Shown here: positions 1 to 7,696 of the stretch, piece by piece
Layout: each line of letters opens with the position of its first letter
Position numbering within the stretch: the first letter of the stretch is position 1
Virus record (IMG/VR): IMGVR_UViG_3300027214_000019
Location: 1 to 27,869 of that record
Source of the DNA: a virus
Lineage: Duplodnaviria; Caudoviricetes
Direction: 5' to 3' (one strand)
DNA: 27,869 nt
Translations under genes and position numbers: made by a program
Notes under the pieces: model-generated
The model's input: the letters and a program-made list of their open reading frames with translations, nothing else
Database searches by the model: none
What the model was told of the DNA's origin: nothing

Positions 1-342
1 AGTTGTGGCATATTCTTCACCAACCATAATGGAGTATCCCAACATATTGTTTTCTAAATAACCCCAAGCAGCCAAGTGAATTGAGGTGTCCCCACTACAA
101 CCTTTGTTTGCTAAATTGGAGTTAGTGTAGTTCATTAAAATTGGGGATAAATCAATCTGACCCCAACCCTCTGATGATGGTGTTATTTTGAGTTGAGCTA
201 CTTGACCTTCATTTGTGAATACATCTACCACATAACGATATTTGTAATACGATGGGTCTGTTGCTGCTGTTGATATAAATTGAAAAACCAAGTTTGCGTA
301 AACTGGTTCTATTGGGTTTGGTTGTGCTAAAAATGTAATCAT
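1..342 (-). CDS. Tail structural protein, N-terminal part (runs off the left window edge)
   Basis: Not in the ORF track. ATG at 342-340 overlaps the TGA of the 339..914 gene (ATGA). Open for 114 codons to the edge: MITFLAQPNPIEPVYANLVFQF...YRYVVDVF...LKITP...GQIDLSPIL...VGEEYATT. Confidence 0.75.
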   Translation of the reverse strand, partial: MITFLAQPNPIEPVYANLVFQFISTAATDPSYYKYRYVVDVFTNEGQVAQLKITPSSEGWGQIDLSPILMNYTNSNLANKGCSGDTSIHLAAWGYLENNMLGYSIMVGEEYATT

Positions 343-914
343 AGTCCGATGGCTATATTGTATGTTTCTCTTCCGATAAGATTTATTCTATCAAATATGT
401 CTCCCAATTCTTCTCTTAAAACTGCGTCCACATATTCGGGTCTTTCCATTAAGTTATTCACATAGTCGTATGTGTCGTTTGTAAAGTCCTCTTGAAATAA
501 TGCGTAACCAGCATAACCCCTTTTTGATAGATTTTTTGATACTGCGTAAGCAACCCCTTTAGCTTTTGCTGCGGGGATTTTCATTTTGTTTATTACCCAT
601 AATTTAAGTTGTCCTTCAACTACGGCTTTTGGTAATGGTTTTCTTGGTTTTGACCCTGTCCCAAATACATAGTCAACCCCGTAATCATTCATTAGAACAA
701 ATATCTCTCCGTCCTGAATGGTGTATGATACTGACTTGTATAAAGAACCCTCTGTAAAGTTGGAACTAAAATTATATCTTGGTGGTCTTTTAGGTAATCT
801 TGGGGATTTGCTAAACCTATCCCTTTTGGTTAGGATTTCTTCCCTAATCTTCTCAACAAGAAACCCACCAACATCATTTAAGAAGTTTTCAATCATTACA
901 CCGATGTATAGCAA
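339..914 (-). CDS. Putative neck/tail-completion protein (HK97 gp10-like)
   Basis: 191-aa ORF with GSLYKSVSY...MNDYG...G.KP...W...K...AYAV pattern recalled from phage neck proteins; lies in the tail operon. True start may be a few codons downstream. Confidence 0.55.
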   Translation of the reverse strand: MLYIGVMIENFLNDVGGFLVEKIREEILTKRDRFSKSPRLPKRPPRYNFSSNFTEGSLYKSVSYTIQDGEIFVLMNDYGVDYVFGTGSKPRKPLPKAVVEGQLKLWVINKMKIPAAKAKGVAYAVSKNLSKRGYAGYALFQEDFTNDTYDYVNNLMERPEYVDAVLREELGDIFDRINLIGRETYNIAIGL

Positions 915-1363
915 AGATTTGGATTATCAGGTAAACAAGCTGTTTGTTCTGCTATGATTGTAATGTTTGCTTCAACACCAACCACTGCCTCTTTGAACCT
1001 ATCTATGAACGGGGAAAATTGAACTGGTTGTTGAAGGTAAAATCCACAACCTGTAAGTTGATTTGTAAAGAACGCATAAAAGTCATTTAAGATTTCGTGG
1101 CACAGAGACAAACTATCTAACTGGTTTGATTGTGCTTCCACTCCCACAAACTCATTCAACAAATCATAAATCATAATAGTCCAATTAAATGTTGTGTAAG
1201 TGTTATCTATACTACTTGGTTGGGGAACGCAGTGTATCGCAGGATACTCCGTAATATAATCCTCCCTTGAGTAATCACTTAAATTACCCCAAGACCTTGT
1301 CTTCAATAACGGGTGTTGTATTGCGAATGCGTAGAATAATTGTATTTGGTCTGTATAAGTCAT
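896..1363 (-). CDS. Putative tail terminator/completion protein
   Basis: 155-aa acidic beta-rich ORF (YPAIH...FNWTIMIYD...F.DRF...VGVEANITI); size and position fit a tail terminator; TAATG coupling to the upstream frame. Confidence 0.5.
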   Translation of the reverse strand: MTYTDQIQLFYAFAIQHPLLKTRSWGNLSDYSREDYITEYPAIHCVPQPSSIDNTYTTFNWTIMIYDLLNEFVGVEAQSNQLDSLSLCHEILNDFYAFFTNQLTGCGFYLQQPVQFSPFIDRFKEAVVGVEANITIIAEQTACLPDNPNLCYTSV

Positions 1364-1648
1364 TATGTGATTGTGTTATTTTGTTTTTGCCGTTCTTTAT
1401 TTGCTTTATCCAATCTATAAGATAAATACGATAATACCTCCATCAGATTTAATGCTAAAATGGGGGACACATTTAATATTGTATCTTGAGCACATAACAT
1501 TAAAGATTGGTAATAGTAATCCACGACCGATTGGACTACTTCTTGTGGGGTTGACTTTCGCTCCTCTTTTGGTCGTTCTTCATCTTGGTCTCCGTAAAGG
1601 ATAGGGAAGTTTTTATAAGTTCTTGTGCGAAAGTTGTTAAAAAAAAAA
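1363..1648 (-). CDS. -1 frameshift extension (T segment) of the tail assembly chaperone
   Basis: This frame is -1 relative to 1536..2129 and is entered at the T10 run (A10 at 1639-1648 on +). It reads ...FFFNNFRTRTYKNFPILYG...YLSYRLDKANKERQKQNNTIT. Confidence 0.65.
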
Positions 1649-2129
1649 GCGCCGACATTACTGACCTGATTGGGAAGTCCATAAACTCCTCCATTCTTAA
1701 CTGGCATTCCCCCAAGTCATAATCAATCAGTTCTCTTTCATCACCGATTTTATCTGATGTTTGTGGTCTGTAAAGATGTGTTGCTAACAATACAATATCC
1801 ACAGGTGAACGAGCCATAAACACCTCCAAGTTTATCCACTCACCATAGGAAATCTGTGAGGGTTTAATCAACCCGTATAGTTTCCCGTTAAACTCTATTG
1901 TAAGTTCTAAAGGGGTTTTGTCTAACTCTGCTCCCCACTCACTCTTTAATACAGCAGCTACGAACTTAACCTCTGCCATAGGTGCTTTGATGATGTCCTC
2001 TTTTCTAGCACCTGTAAGCATATGGATTAAATCTATATCACTAATTTGAGCGTTAGCTTCAAGTTCTTTATATTGTCTGATGGTTACTGGTTTAACCTCA
2101 TATGTTTTTTTACCTAATACGACTTCCAT
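1536..2129 (-). CDS. Tail assembly chaperone (G-like)
   Basis: 197-aa ORF with slippery GCG CTT TTT TTT TTA near its 3' end and an overlapping open -1 frame, the lambda G/GT arrangement. Confidence 0.65.
   Translation of the reverse strand: MEVVLGKKTYEVKPVTIRQYKELEANAQISDIDLIHMLTGARKEDIIKAPMAEVKFVAAVLKSEWGAELDKTPLELTIEFNGKLYGLIKPSQISYGEWINLEVFMARSPVDIVLLATHLYRPQTSDKIGDERELIDYDLGECQLRMEEFMDFPIRSVMSALFFLTTFAQELIKTSLSFTETKMKNDQKRSESQPHKK
1639..1648 (-). other. Programmed -1 frameshift slippery site (U10)
   Basis: Ten consecutive T on the coding strand inside the overlap of two open frames. Confidence 0.65.
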
Positions 2130-2263
2130 TATCCTTGTCCTCTTGATTGTTTTTTATAGTGTTTTGAGCCCTTGTGATTTGAGCTCTTTGTTTTTGCGTG
2201 AATACCTGTTCTTGAGATTTTACGCTTCTCTTTTTTGGCAGAGACACTCTGACTTTTTTTCAT
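2129..2263 (-). CDS. Small basic protein, 44 aa (C-terminal RGQG)
   Basis: Not in the ORF track. MKKSQSVSAKKEKRKISRTGIHAKTKSSNHKGSKHYKKQSRGQG; its stop overlaps the chaperone ATG (TAATG) and it fills the gap between two genes. Confidence 0.75.
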   Translation of the reverse strand: MKKSQSVSAKKEKRKISRTGIHAKTKSSNHKGSKHYKKQSRGQG

Positions 2264-2420
2264 AAAAATCTAATAATTGTTTTATTCCATCTGTGATTTT
2301 AACCCTTCTAATTAAGGAAAAATCTTTAATTCTTTTATGGGTTTCTTCATCAGTATAAATAATCTTGTAGTCATATTCATACTTCTTATTCCCCCCTCTT
2401 GAGTTTACTTTAATCTTCAT
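2220..2420 (-). CDS. Small DNA-binding protein, possibly ribbon-helix-helix
   Basis: 66 aa; strand (YKIIYT) followed by two amphipathic helices (EETHKRIKDFS, KITDGIKQLLDFYE); ATGA overlap with the upstream gene. Confidence 0.45.
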   Translation of the reverse strand: MKIKVNSRGGNKKYEYDYKIIYTDEETHKRIKDFSLIRRVKITDGIKQLLDFYEKKSECLCQKREA

Positions 2421-2803
2421 AACTTCTCTATCATTTTATTAAACCACATATCAAGGTCATAGTATCTTGATTTACTATCAACCTCCATATACTCACCTAT
2501 TCCGTGATACTCACTCTTACCCCCACCAAACTCACCATAACCACTAACTTTACCTTTAGCCCTATGACCCTTGTTTGGTTTTATTCCATCATTTAACATA
2601 TCATCACATACCAGTAGGTTTGGGGTGAACCTACCTTGAGTATTTGGTTCATTTACAATATACTTTCCTTCAGCAGAACCCCTATCTTCATAAGAACTAA
2701 ATGTATCGTGGTATTCATTATACCTTCTAATATCAAACTTATCATCTGCGTTAAATGGTATTCTACAATCATCCAACCACATTACACCTTTTGAGTATCT
2801 CAT
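2417..2803 (-). CDS. Stand-alone internal segment of a phage DNA methyltransferase
   Basis: KGVMWLDDCRIP, GRFTPNLLVCDD and SRYYDLDMW motifs, which I recall lying inside long phage N6/N4 MTases; ATGA-coupled to the MTase gene. Confidence 0.65.
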   Translation of the reverse strand: MRYSKGVMWLDDCRIPFNADDKFDIRRYNEYHDTFSSYEDRGSAEGKYIVNEPNTQGRFTPNLLVCDDMLNDGIKPNKGHRAKGKVSGYGEFGGGKSEYHGIGEYMEVDSKSRYYDLDMWFNKMIEKL

Positions 2804-3624
2804 AATTCCAACTTTGTCTGTGTGTCTTTTTCCATCTTAAAGAACTTTACCAATTCTTCCCTTGAAACAGATAATCTTTCCTCACATATATCAAAGTATT
2901 CTTTTTCCCTTTCTATACCGACAAAATGTCTGTTGATAAGTTTTGATGCTAAACCAGTTGTTCCGCTACCCAAGAACGGGTCAATTACCCAATCCCCTTC
3001 CCTTGTGAATAAGGTGATGATGTAGGACATTAGTTTAACAGGTTTAATGGTGGGGTGTATTGTCTTATCAGTTCCTAACATCTTTTCCTTCTTTGCTGGT
3101 TTTGGAACCTGAATAAAAGGATAAGTCATTTTGATATTATCTGGTAATGCCTCAAAGTTTAATACATTATCAATATAACTTTTTGACCCGTGTGGTTTCA
3201 TACCAATAATGATATGTTCCACGGCAGGTTTTGGTTGGAAACCTAATTTACTACCTTCATACTTATCACCTAAATCAACACCCCTTTTATCAATCATCTT
3301 ACTAACATCTGACGCTTTTGGAAACCCCGTATGGTAAGTCCATAGGATAGGACTAAAGGACATATCAAACCCCGCATCTTCCAAGTCCTTAATCATTCTA
3401 TACAACACATCACTTCTTGGTGAGGACATTACTGCGATGAATGAACCAGGTTTTAATACCCTATAACATTCCTCCCATATCTCTTTGGGGGGTAATACCT
3501 TATCCCAACTCTTCCCCATAAACTCAATTCCGTATGGGGGGTCTGTGGCTAGTAAATCCACACTATTATCTTTGAGTTCTTTTAAGACATCTGCGCTGTC
3601 TCCATTAAATAAATGTTGTTCCAT
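2800..3624 (-). CDS. DNA amino-methyltransferase (N6A/N4C, beta class)
   Basis: N-terminal catalytic DPPY, then HPTIKP, then C-terminal SAM-binding DPFLGSGTTG and GIERE. Confidence 0.93.
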   Translation of the reverse strand: MEQHLFNGDSADVLKELKDNSVDLLATDPPYGIEFMGKSWDKVLPPKEIWEECYRVLKPGSFIAVMSSPRSDVLYRMIKDLEDAGFDMSFSPILWTYHTGFPKASDVSKMIDKRGVDLGDKYEGSKLGFQPKPAVEHIIIGMKPHGSKSYIDNVLNFEALPDNIKMTYPFIQVPKPAKKEKMLGTDKTIHPTIKPVKLMSYIITLFTREGDWVIDPFLGSGTTGLASKLINRHFVGIEREKEYFDICEERLSVSREELVKFFKMEKDTQTKLEL

Positions 3625-3626
3625 TT

Positions 3627-4796
3627 TTATACAAATGAGTATTTTGTTTTTGGTTTATATGCCATCTGTGAAATCAAATACCTACTACTATCTAACAAGT
3701 GGTCTTTGCCCATCGGTTTAGATGTTATGTTGTTTGAGCGGTCTTTAGCCCACCTATAGTTCTTAAACTCCTCAATCAGATTGGTTGATTTCTCGTCAAT
3801 CTGTATCTTGTATTGTTTCATCAGGTTTATCCCAAACAGAACTGAACCAGCTTCTTTCTTCACAGGGACAATCTTTCTATATCCCCTCTTTCTTAATTCT
3901 TCTAACATACGAGGTTCTGAACTATCGGCAACAATATCAAAGGTTTTTTGTATACCACCTTCTTCTAACTTATAGGCAATATCATCAACAAGTAATCCCT
4001 TCTCATAGAATACTTCCTTGAGATAAATGATGTTGTCTGGTTCGTTGATAAGACCCCACACACACGCACATTCATCTTGACTATATCCCCAATCTAAACC
4101 TACTCCTAACATCTTGGAATAACGGGGGGCTTCACTTACCACTTCCCAATTCACAAAGATGGTCTCTCTTGGTTTAATTCTCTTACCGAGAGCATAGACC
4201 TCATACATTTCAGGGTCAAGGTTCTTGAGGTTCTCAATTGCCTCCACAACCCTCTTCTCTAAAAATGGGTTCTGTTTGTAGGTTGAAATAATAAGTTGTG
4301 CGTTCTCTTGGGTTTCAAGTTCATACCAATACCACCCGTCTTGTTCTGTTGGGTTGTAGTCCGCAACAATAAAACCAGTGGTTCTCATATTGAGCTGTGT
4401 GAATGGTTCAAGTCCAACATTTGTAATCTCGTTGATGAATACAATATCCTGTTTCATTCCACGAAGTTTACCTCCATCTTCAGCCCCCAAGAAACGAATT
4501 AAACTACCATTATCAAACTTATAAACAACCTCACTCTTGTTGAAGTTATCAGGGTTATAAAATCCCATCTTATCCATCACATCAATAAAGTCAATCAGGA
4601 CAGAGTTTCTAATTGAAACGAGGGTATCCCTTACAATCGTAATAGTTGTGTGTTTCTGTATTGCCTGAAGTATCAAATAGGTAATGATTTGATAGGTCTT
4701 CCCTGAACGAGATGAGCCCCTTAAGGATATCAACCTCTTTCCTGACTTTACTGCTTCGTCAATTTTTAAGTATAATTCTGATGCTTCTACTACCAT
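3627..4796 (-). CDS. terL: Terminase large subunit (PBSX/Terminase_3-like)
   Basis: Walker A GSSRSGKT, Walker B IVFINE, DYNP, nuclease motifs GLDWG, ADSSEP and DHLLDSSRY. Confidence 0.95.
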   Translation of the reverse strand: MVVEASELYLKIDEAVKSGKRLISLRGSSRSGKTYQIITYLILQAIQKHTTITIVRDTLVSIRNSVLIDFIDVMDKMGFYNPDNFNKSEVVYKFDNGSLIRFLGAEDGGKLRGMKQDIVFINEITNVGLEPFTQLNMRTTGFIVADYNPTEQDGWYWYELETQENAQLIISTYKQNPFLEKRVVEAIENLKNLDPEMYEVYALGKRIKPRETIFVNWEVVSEAPRYSKMLGVGLDWGYSQDECACVWGLINEPDNIIYLKEVFYEKGLLVDDIAYKLEEGGIQKTFDIVADSSEPRMLEELRKRGYRKIVPVKKEAGSVLFGINLMKQYKIQIDEKSTNLIEEFKNYRWAKDRSNNITSKPMGKDHLLDSSRYLISQMAYKPKTKYSFV

Positions 4797-4839
4797 ATAT
4801 TTCTATCCCCAGAGTTAGATAAATATATGGTTTAGGGAT

Positions 4840-4870
4840 AAAAAGAAAACCCCACTTTTTTAGGGTGGGG
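4840..4870 (-). terminator. Intrinsic terminator
   Basis: Minus strand CCCCAC...GTGGGG stem followed by TTTTCTTTTT, downstream of the 4893..5096 gene. Confidence 0.7.
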
Positions 4871-4892
4871 ACAATAGGGAGCACTATTGTTT

Positions 4893-5096
4893 TTATTTTG
4901 TGTTGAGGTATTCCTCAATTTTCTCAAACCTTTCTCCAAGTGCTGCGGAGTATCCATTTTCTACATAGTCAACAAGGACTACTGAAATTGAAACAAGTTC
5001 TTTGAGAGTTAGACATTTACCACAAGAATTAGCCCAATCTAATGTGAGTTTTAATTGTGATTGTGTTGCGATTTGTTTGTCTTTATTGTTTGCCAT
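4893..5096 (-). CDS. Hypothetical protein
   Basis: 67-aa ORF with A-rich leader (AAAATAAATAAAATG), followed by a terminator. Confidence 0.7.
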   Translation of the reverse strand: MANNKDKQIATQSQLKLTLDWANSCGKCLTLKELVSISVVLVDYVENGYSAALGERFEKIEEYLNTK

Positions 5097-5119
5097 TTTA
5101 TTTATTTTTGACTATTTAA

Positions 5120-5137
5120 GGGGGTATTTCTACCCCC
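5120..5137 (-). other. Intergenic GAAA-tetraloop hairpin
   Basis: GGGGGTA-GAAA-TACCCCC on the minus strand with no U tract; possible mRNA stabiliser or processing site. Confidence 0.6.
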
Positions 5138-5147
5138 GTTGTTATTA

Positions 5148-5396
5148 TTACCAACCCGATTTAATTGTTGCTGCTCCTGTATCATTCTTGGTAATCTTCA
5201 TAGGTGTTGCTTCACTCGTAAGTTTTAAGAATATCTTATGTTGTTTCATAAGGTGTTCGTGAAAAGATTGGGTGTCTTCCTTGAAATACTTTCTAATCAT
5301 TTCAATTCTGTCTCCCCCAAAATAATCTACAAGTGTGTCGTAGATGCCGTCTATTGTTATTGTCTGTCCCATTTTGTTTTGTTGTTTTGTTTTCAT
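5148..5396 (-). CDS. Hypothetical protein
   Basis: 82-aa ORF whose ATG lies 6 nt after the -10 box of a predicted promoter. Confidence 0.7.
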   Translation of the reverse strand: MKTKQQNKMGQTITIDGIYDTLVDYFGGDRIEMIRKYFKEDTQSFHEHLMKQHKIFLKLTSEATPMKITKNDTGAATIKSGW

Positions 5397-5400
5397 ACAT

Positions 5401-5445
5401 CAAATATACTACAAGATATTTAATCAGTCAAGTTCCTATAAGAAC
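5401..5445 (-). promoter_or_regulatory. Promoter/operator copy 1
   Basis: GTTCTTATAGGAAC near-palindrome, then TTGACT (5431-5426), N17, TATATT (5408-5403). TATATTTG also fits Bacteroidota TAnnTTTG. Confidence 0.75.
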
Positions 5446-5449
5446 TTTT

Positions 5450-5617
5450 TTAATATTTATCTGATAGGTGTTCTTCGTAAGCCGAATACTCGTCTTGAAG
5501 TTTCTGTTCTCTCCACAACTGATACTGGTAGTCATCATCTTCCATTTCGTTATTCAAACGAAACATAATCAATTCCTGTAAGTTCATTTCCTCAAATAAT
5601 TCTTTAGTGCGTCCCAT
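5450..5617 (-). CDS. Small acidic protein, 55 aa
   Basis: Not in the ORF track. MGRTKELFEEMNLQELIMFRLNNEMEDDDYQYQLWREQKLQDEYSAYEEHLSDKY; starts 4 nt after the upstream stop and fills the gap. Confidence 0.75.
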   Translation of the reverse strand: MGRTKELFEEMNLQELIMFRLNNEMEDDDYQYQLWREQKLQDEYSAYEEHLSDKY

Positions 5618-5621
5618 AGTA

Positions 5622-5915
5622 TTAAGCGTTTTTATATTCGTTGATGTATCGTTGTTTAACTTCCATCTTTAATCTTCTCTGTTCTTCAGTTGGGACTAAA
5701 TCAGGATTGTTCTTTCTCACAATAGTAATGGTTGCTGCCAAGGTATGTGATGTTGGTATTTTACCCCCCAAGATATGTAGGAAAAAATCATCAAGGGTTC
5801 TGATACCATAGTGTATACATAGAGCTTTTGATACTTCCACCCACAACAAATCATTTGATGCGATGGTCTCGGGCTTTGCTCTGTAAGCCGTTTCTACTAT
5901 TTGTTCTAATTTCAT
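5622..5915 (-). CDS. Hypothetical protein
   Basis: 97-aa helical ORF; ATG 6 nt after the -10 box of promoter copy 2. Confidence 0.7.
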   Translation of the reverse strand: MKLEQIVETAYRAKPETIASNDLLWVEVSKALCIHYGIRTLDDFFLHILGGKIPTSHTLAATITIVRKNNPDLVPTEEQRRLKMEVKQRYINEYKNA

Positions 5916-5919
5916 AATT

Positions 5920-5963
5920 AAAATATAGTAATGATTTTTGTTAAGTCAAGTTCCTATAAGAAC
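5920..5963 (-). promoter_or_regulatory. Promoter/operator copy 2
   Basis: Identical 20-mer GTTCTTATAGGAACTTGACT, N16, TATATT (5927-5922). Confidence 0.75.
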
Positions 5964-5966
5964 AAT

Positions 5967-6380
5967 TTAATTAAAGAAACTAAAAAAATCTTCTACATCT
6001 TGGTTGGTCTTAATAACCTTACCATTACCATCAGCCACGAATGCCTCGTTATAGGTGAACCCAAAATAACCCTTCTCGTTTGCTATAGACCATTCATTTG
6101 GACTTGGGGTAAAGATATTAAGGTTGAGTTCTTTTGACTTCTCTAAAAGGGATTTAATGATGGACTGGTGTATATCCTTCTTCTCGTTATCTCTTTTACG
6201 GAAGTAGTCAGCCATTTCATAAATCTGTTCTTGAGACATAATAAGAACGATGTTATCAGGTTCAGGTTTTACTCTACCTTGAACTTCCATACCTACGAAA
6301 CAATATTGGCTGTCGTCAGGTAGTTGAAGGGTGTGAACCTCGTTCACCCCCAAGAAAATGTTTTGTTGTGATATAGACAT
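5967..6380 (-). CDS. Hypothetical protein
   Basis: 137-aa ORF co-oriented and tightly packed with its neighbours; A-rich leader. Confidence 0.7.
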   Translation of the reverse strand: MSISQQNIFLGVNEVHTLQLPDDSQYCFVGMEVQGRVKPEPDNIVLIMSQEQIYEMADYFRKRDNEKKDIHQSIIKSLLEKSKELNLNIFTPSPNEWSIANEKGYFGFTYNEAFVADGNGKVIKTNQDVEDFFSFFN

Positions 6381-6398
6381 AATTTTAAGTTTTTAGAT

Positions 6399-6719
6399 TT
6401 ACGACAAAGATAAGAAGAAAATTGCTAACGAGCGGCAGGTTCTCTGAAAAAAAGTTTTTTTCTTTGGGACAGGTCTTTGTGTGGTTGTATCAAAGATTAT
6501 CTCCATATTGTTTTGAGGGTATAGGATAGGTCTTACACTATCTTTCATAGTGAAGCTTCTAATCTCATCGTTCCATCTTTTTCCGTTCCTTATACGACAG
6601 ATATGCTGTGATGATACATTATACAATTTAGCAATCTCTCGGTTAGTGAGTTGTGTTGTGTTAAAAAGATGCTTCATTTCTTTCACATCTTGTTCGTTAA
6701 GTTTGTAAGCGCCAATCAC
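6399..6719 (-). CDS. Helix-turn-helix DNA-binding protein
   Basis: KLNEQDVKEMK...LTNREIAKLYNVSSQHICRIRNGKRW, the HTH type often found at the C-terminus of phage HNH proteins. Confidence 0.8.
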   Translation of the reverse strand: MIGAYKLNEQDVKEMKHLFNTTQLTNREIAKLYNVSSQHICRIRNGKRWNDEIRSFTMKDSVRPILYPQNNMEIIFDTTTQRPVPKKKTFFQRTCRSLAIFFLSLS

Positions 6720-6991
6720 GATAAGTCCCCCTCTTCTTTTCTGGTTAGTGAACTCTTGGGTTTATTACAATCACAATCACTTATTTGGGCATCGTATGCG
6801 TATTCAGGTTGATTGATTGTTGTTGTCCCGTAATGGAAACTTTCACCACTTTCCCATAAGTCATCAAAGATTGTTTCAATACTCTCACCATCGTCAATTC
6901 TTTCTTGGAATGGTGCCCACTCATTATCCTCTAAAATTACAGAAATCTCTTGGGTGGCAAAGGGTCTAACATAAAATGTAATGTTCTTCAT
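6716..6991 (-). CDS. Small acidic hypothetical protein
   Basis: 91 aa with about 20 Asp/Glu; 4-nt overlap with the HTH gene. Confidence 0.7.
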   Translation of the reverse strand: MKNITFYVRPFATQEISVILEDNEWAPFQERIDDGESIETIFDDLWESGESFHYGTTTINQPEYAYDAQISDCDCNKPKSSLTRKEEGDLS

Positions 6992-7005
6992 ATTTTTGAT
7001 TTAAT

Positions 7006-7019
7006 ATAAATATAGGAAC
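7006..7019 (-). promoter_or_regulatory. TATATTTAT promoter-like motif with an adjacent GTTCCTA half-site
   Basis: Minus strand GTTCCTATATTTAT just after a terminator and 14 nt before the ATG at 6991. Confidence 0.5.
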
Positions 7020-7030
7020 ATTTATAAAAT

Positions 7031-7061
7031 AAAAAAGGGGGGACTAAAAAAAATCCCCCCT
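7031..7061 (-). terminator. Intrinsic terminator after terS
   Basis: AGGGGGGA...TCCCCCCT stem followed by a T tract on the minus strand. Confidence 0.75.
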
Positions 7062-7106
7062 ACGAAACTACCCAATATAATGTCCTGTTAGGAAAATGGC
7101 GAGAAC

Positions 7107-7532
7107 CTAACTTTCAGGACTTGGCGTAGCAGCTGGGTAATTATCAGGCAATATAATCTTTACCTCAATAGTATCTAGACCTTTATGGTTGATGTCTATT
7201 GAGTGTTTAACCTTATAGTCAGGGTGCCTATTCTTTAAGAAAAATTGGAGGAGGTTTGGATTATCAGTAATTGATTGTTTTAGTATCTCCTCTGCCATTT
7301 CTAGTTCAATTTGGAAATACTCATTTATTGCTTCCTTAAACTCCTCATCGTATTTCTTCCATCGGTAATACGACTTTTCAGCACACCCACATAGTTGGGT
7401 TGACTGCCTTACTGACTTACCTTCAGCTAATTTATTGAGCAGACACTGCTGTTTTTGTTTTGTAGTGTGTCTGTTCTTATCTTCCCTTGAGTAGATATAG
7501 GCTTTTTTAATTGGTTTGTTTTGCTCTTCCAT
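7107..7532 (-). CDS. terS: Terminase small subunit (HTH type)
   Basis: GKSVRQSTQLCGCAEKSYYRWKKYDEEFKEA HTH, helical core ending FFLKNRHPDY and a beta-strand tail (IEVKIILP), typical of TerS. Start taken at ATG 7532 rather than the track's 7541. Confidence 0.75.
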   Translation of the reverse strand: MEEQNKPIKKAYIYSREDKNRHTTKQKQQCLLNKLAEGKSVRQSTQLCGCAEKSYYRWKKYDEEFKEAINEYFQIELEMAEEILKQSITDNPNLLQFFLKNRHPDYKVKHSIDINHKGLDTIEVKIILPDNYPAATPSPES

Positions 7533-7695
7533 ACAAATCAATTCTATCTTGTGGAGTATTTGGGGATTGACCCAATTTATTCTGTATGAAATTATCTATC
7601 AATCTAATTTCAGACACTGCTAATCTATTGAAACCCACTACTTGAATGCGTTTATCAACTTTCTCTAATGGCGATAACTTACAACCACAACCCAT
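7507..7695 (-). CDS. Hypothetical protein (N-terminal MGCGCK)
   Basis: 62-aa ORF starting 1 nt after the upstream stop; possible CxC metal-binding motif. Confidence 0.65.
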   Translation of the reverse strand: MGCGCKLSPLEKVDKRIQVVGFNRLAVSEIRLIDNFIQNKLGQSPNTPQDRIDLYGRAKQTN

Positions 7696-7696
7696 C

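Noticed and set aside
1363-1707. 114-aa ORF as an independent gene from ATG 1707
   Set aside because: Its first ~20 codons lie deep inside the chaperone gene, upstream of the slippery run; it is better explained as the frameshift extension.
2220-3624. Restriction-modification system
   Set aside because: Neither downstream ORF shows PD-(D/E)xK, HNH or GIY-YIG motifs; the MTase appears to be an orphan.
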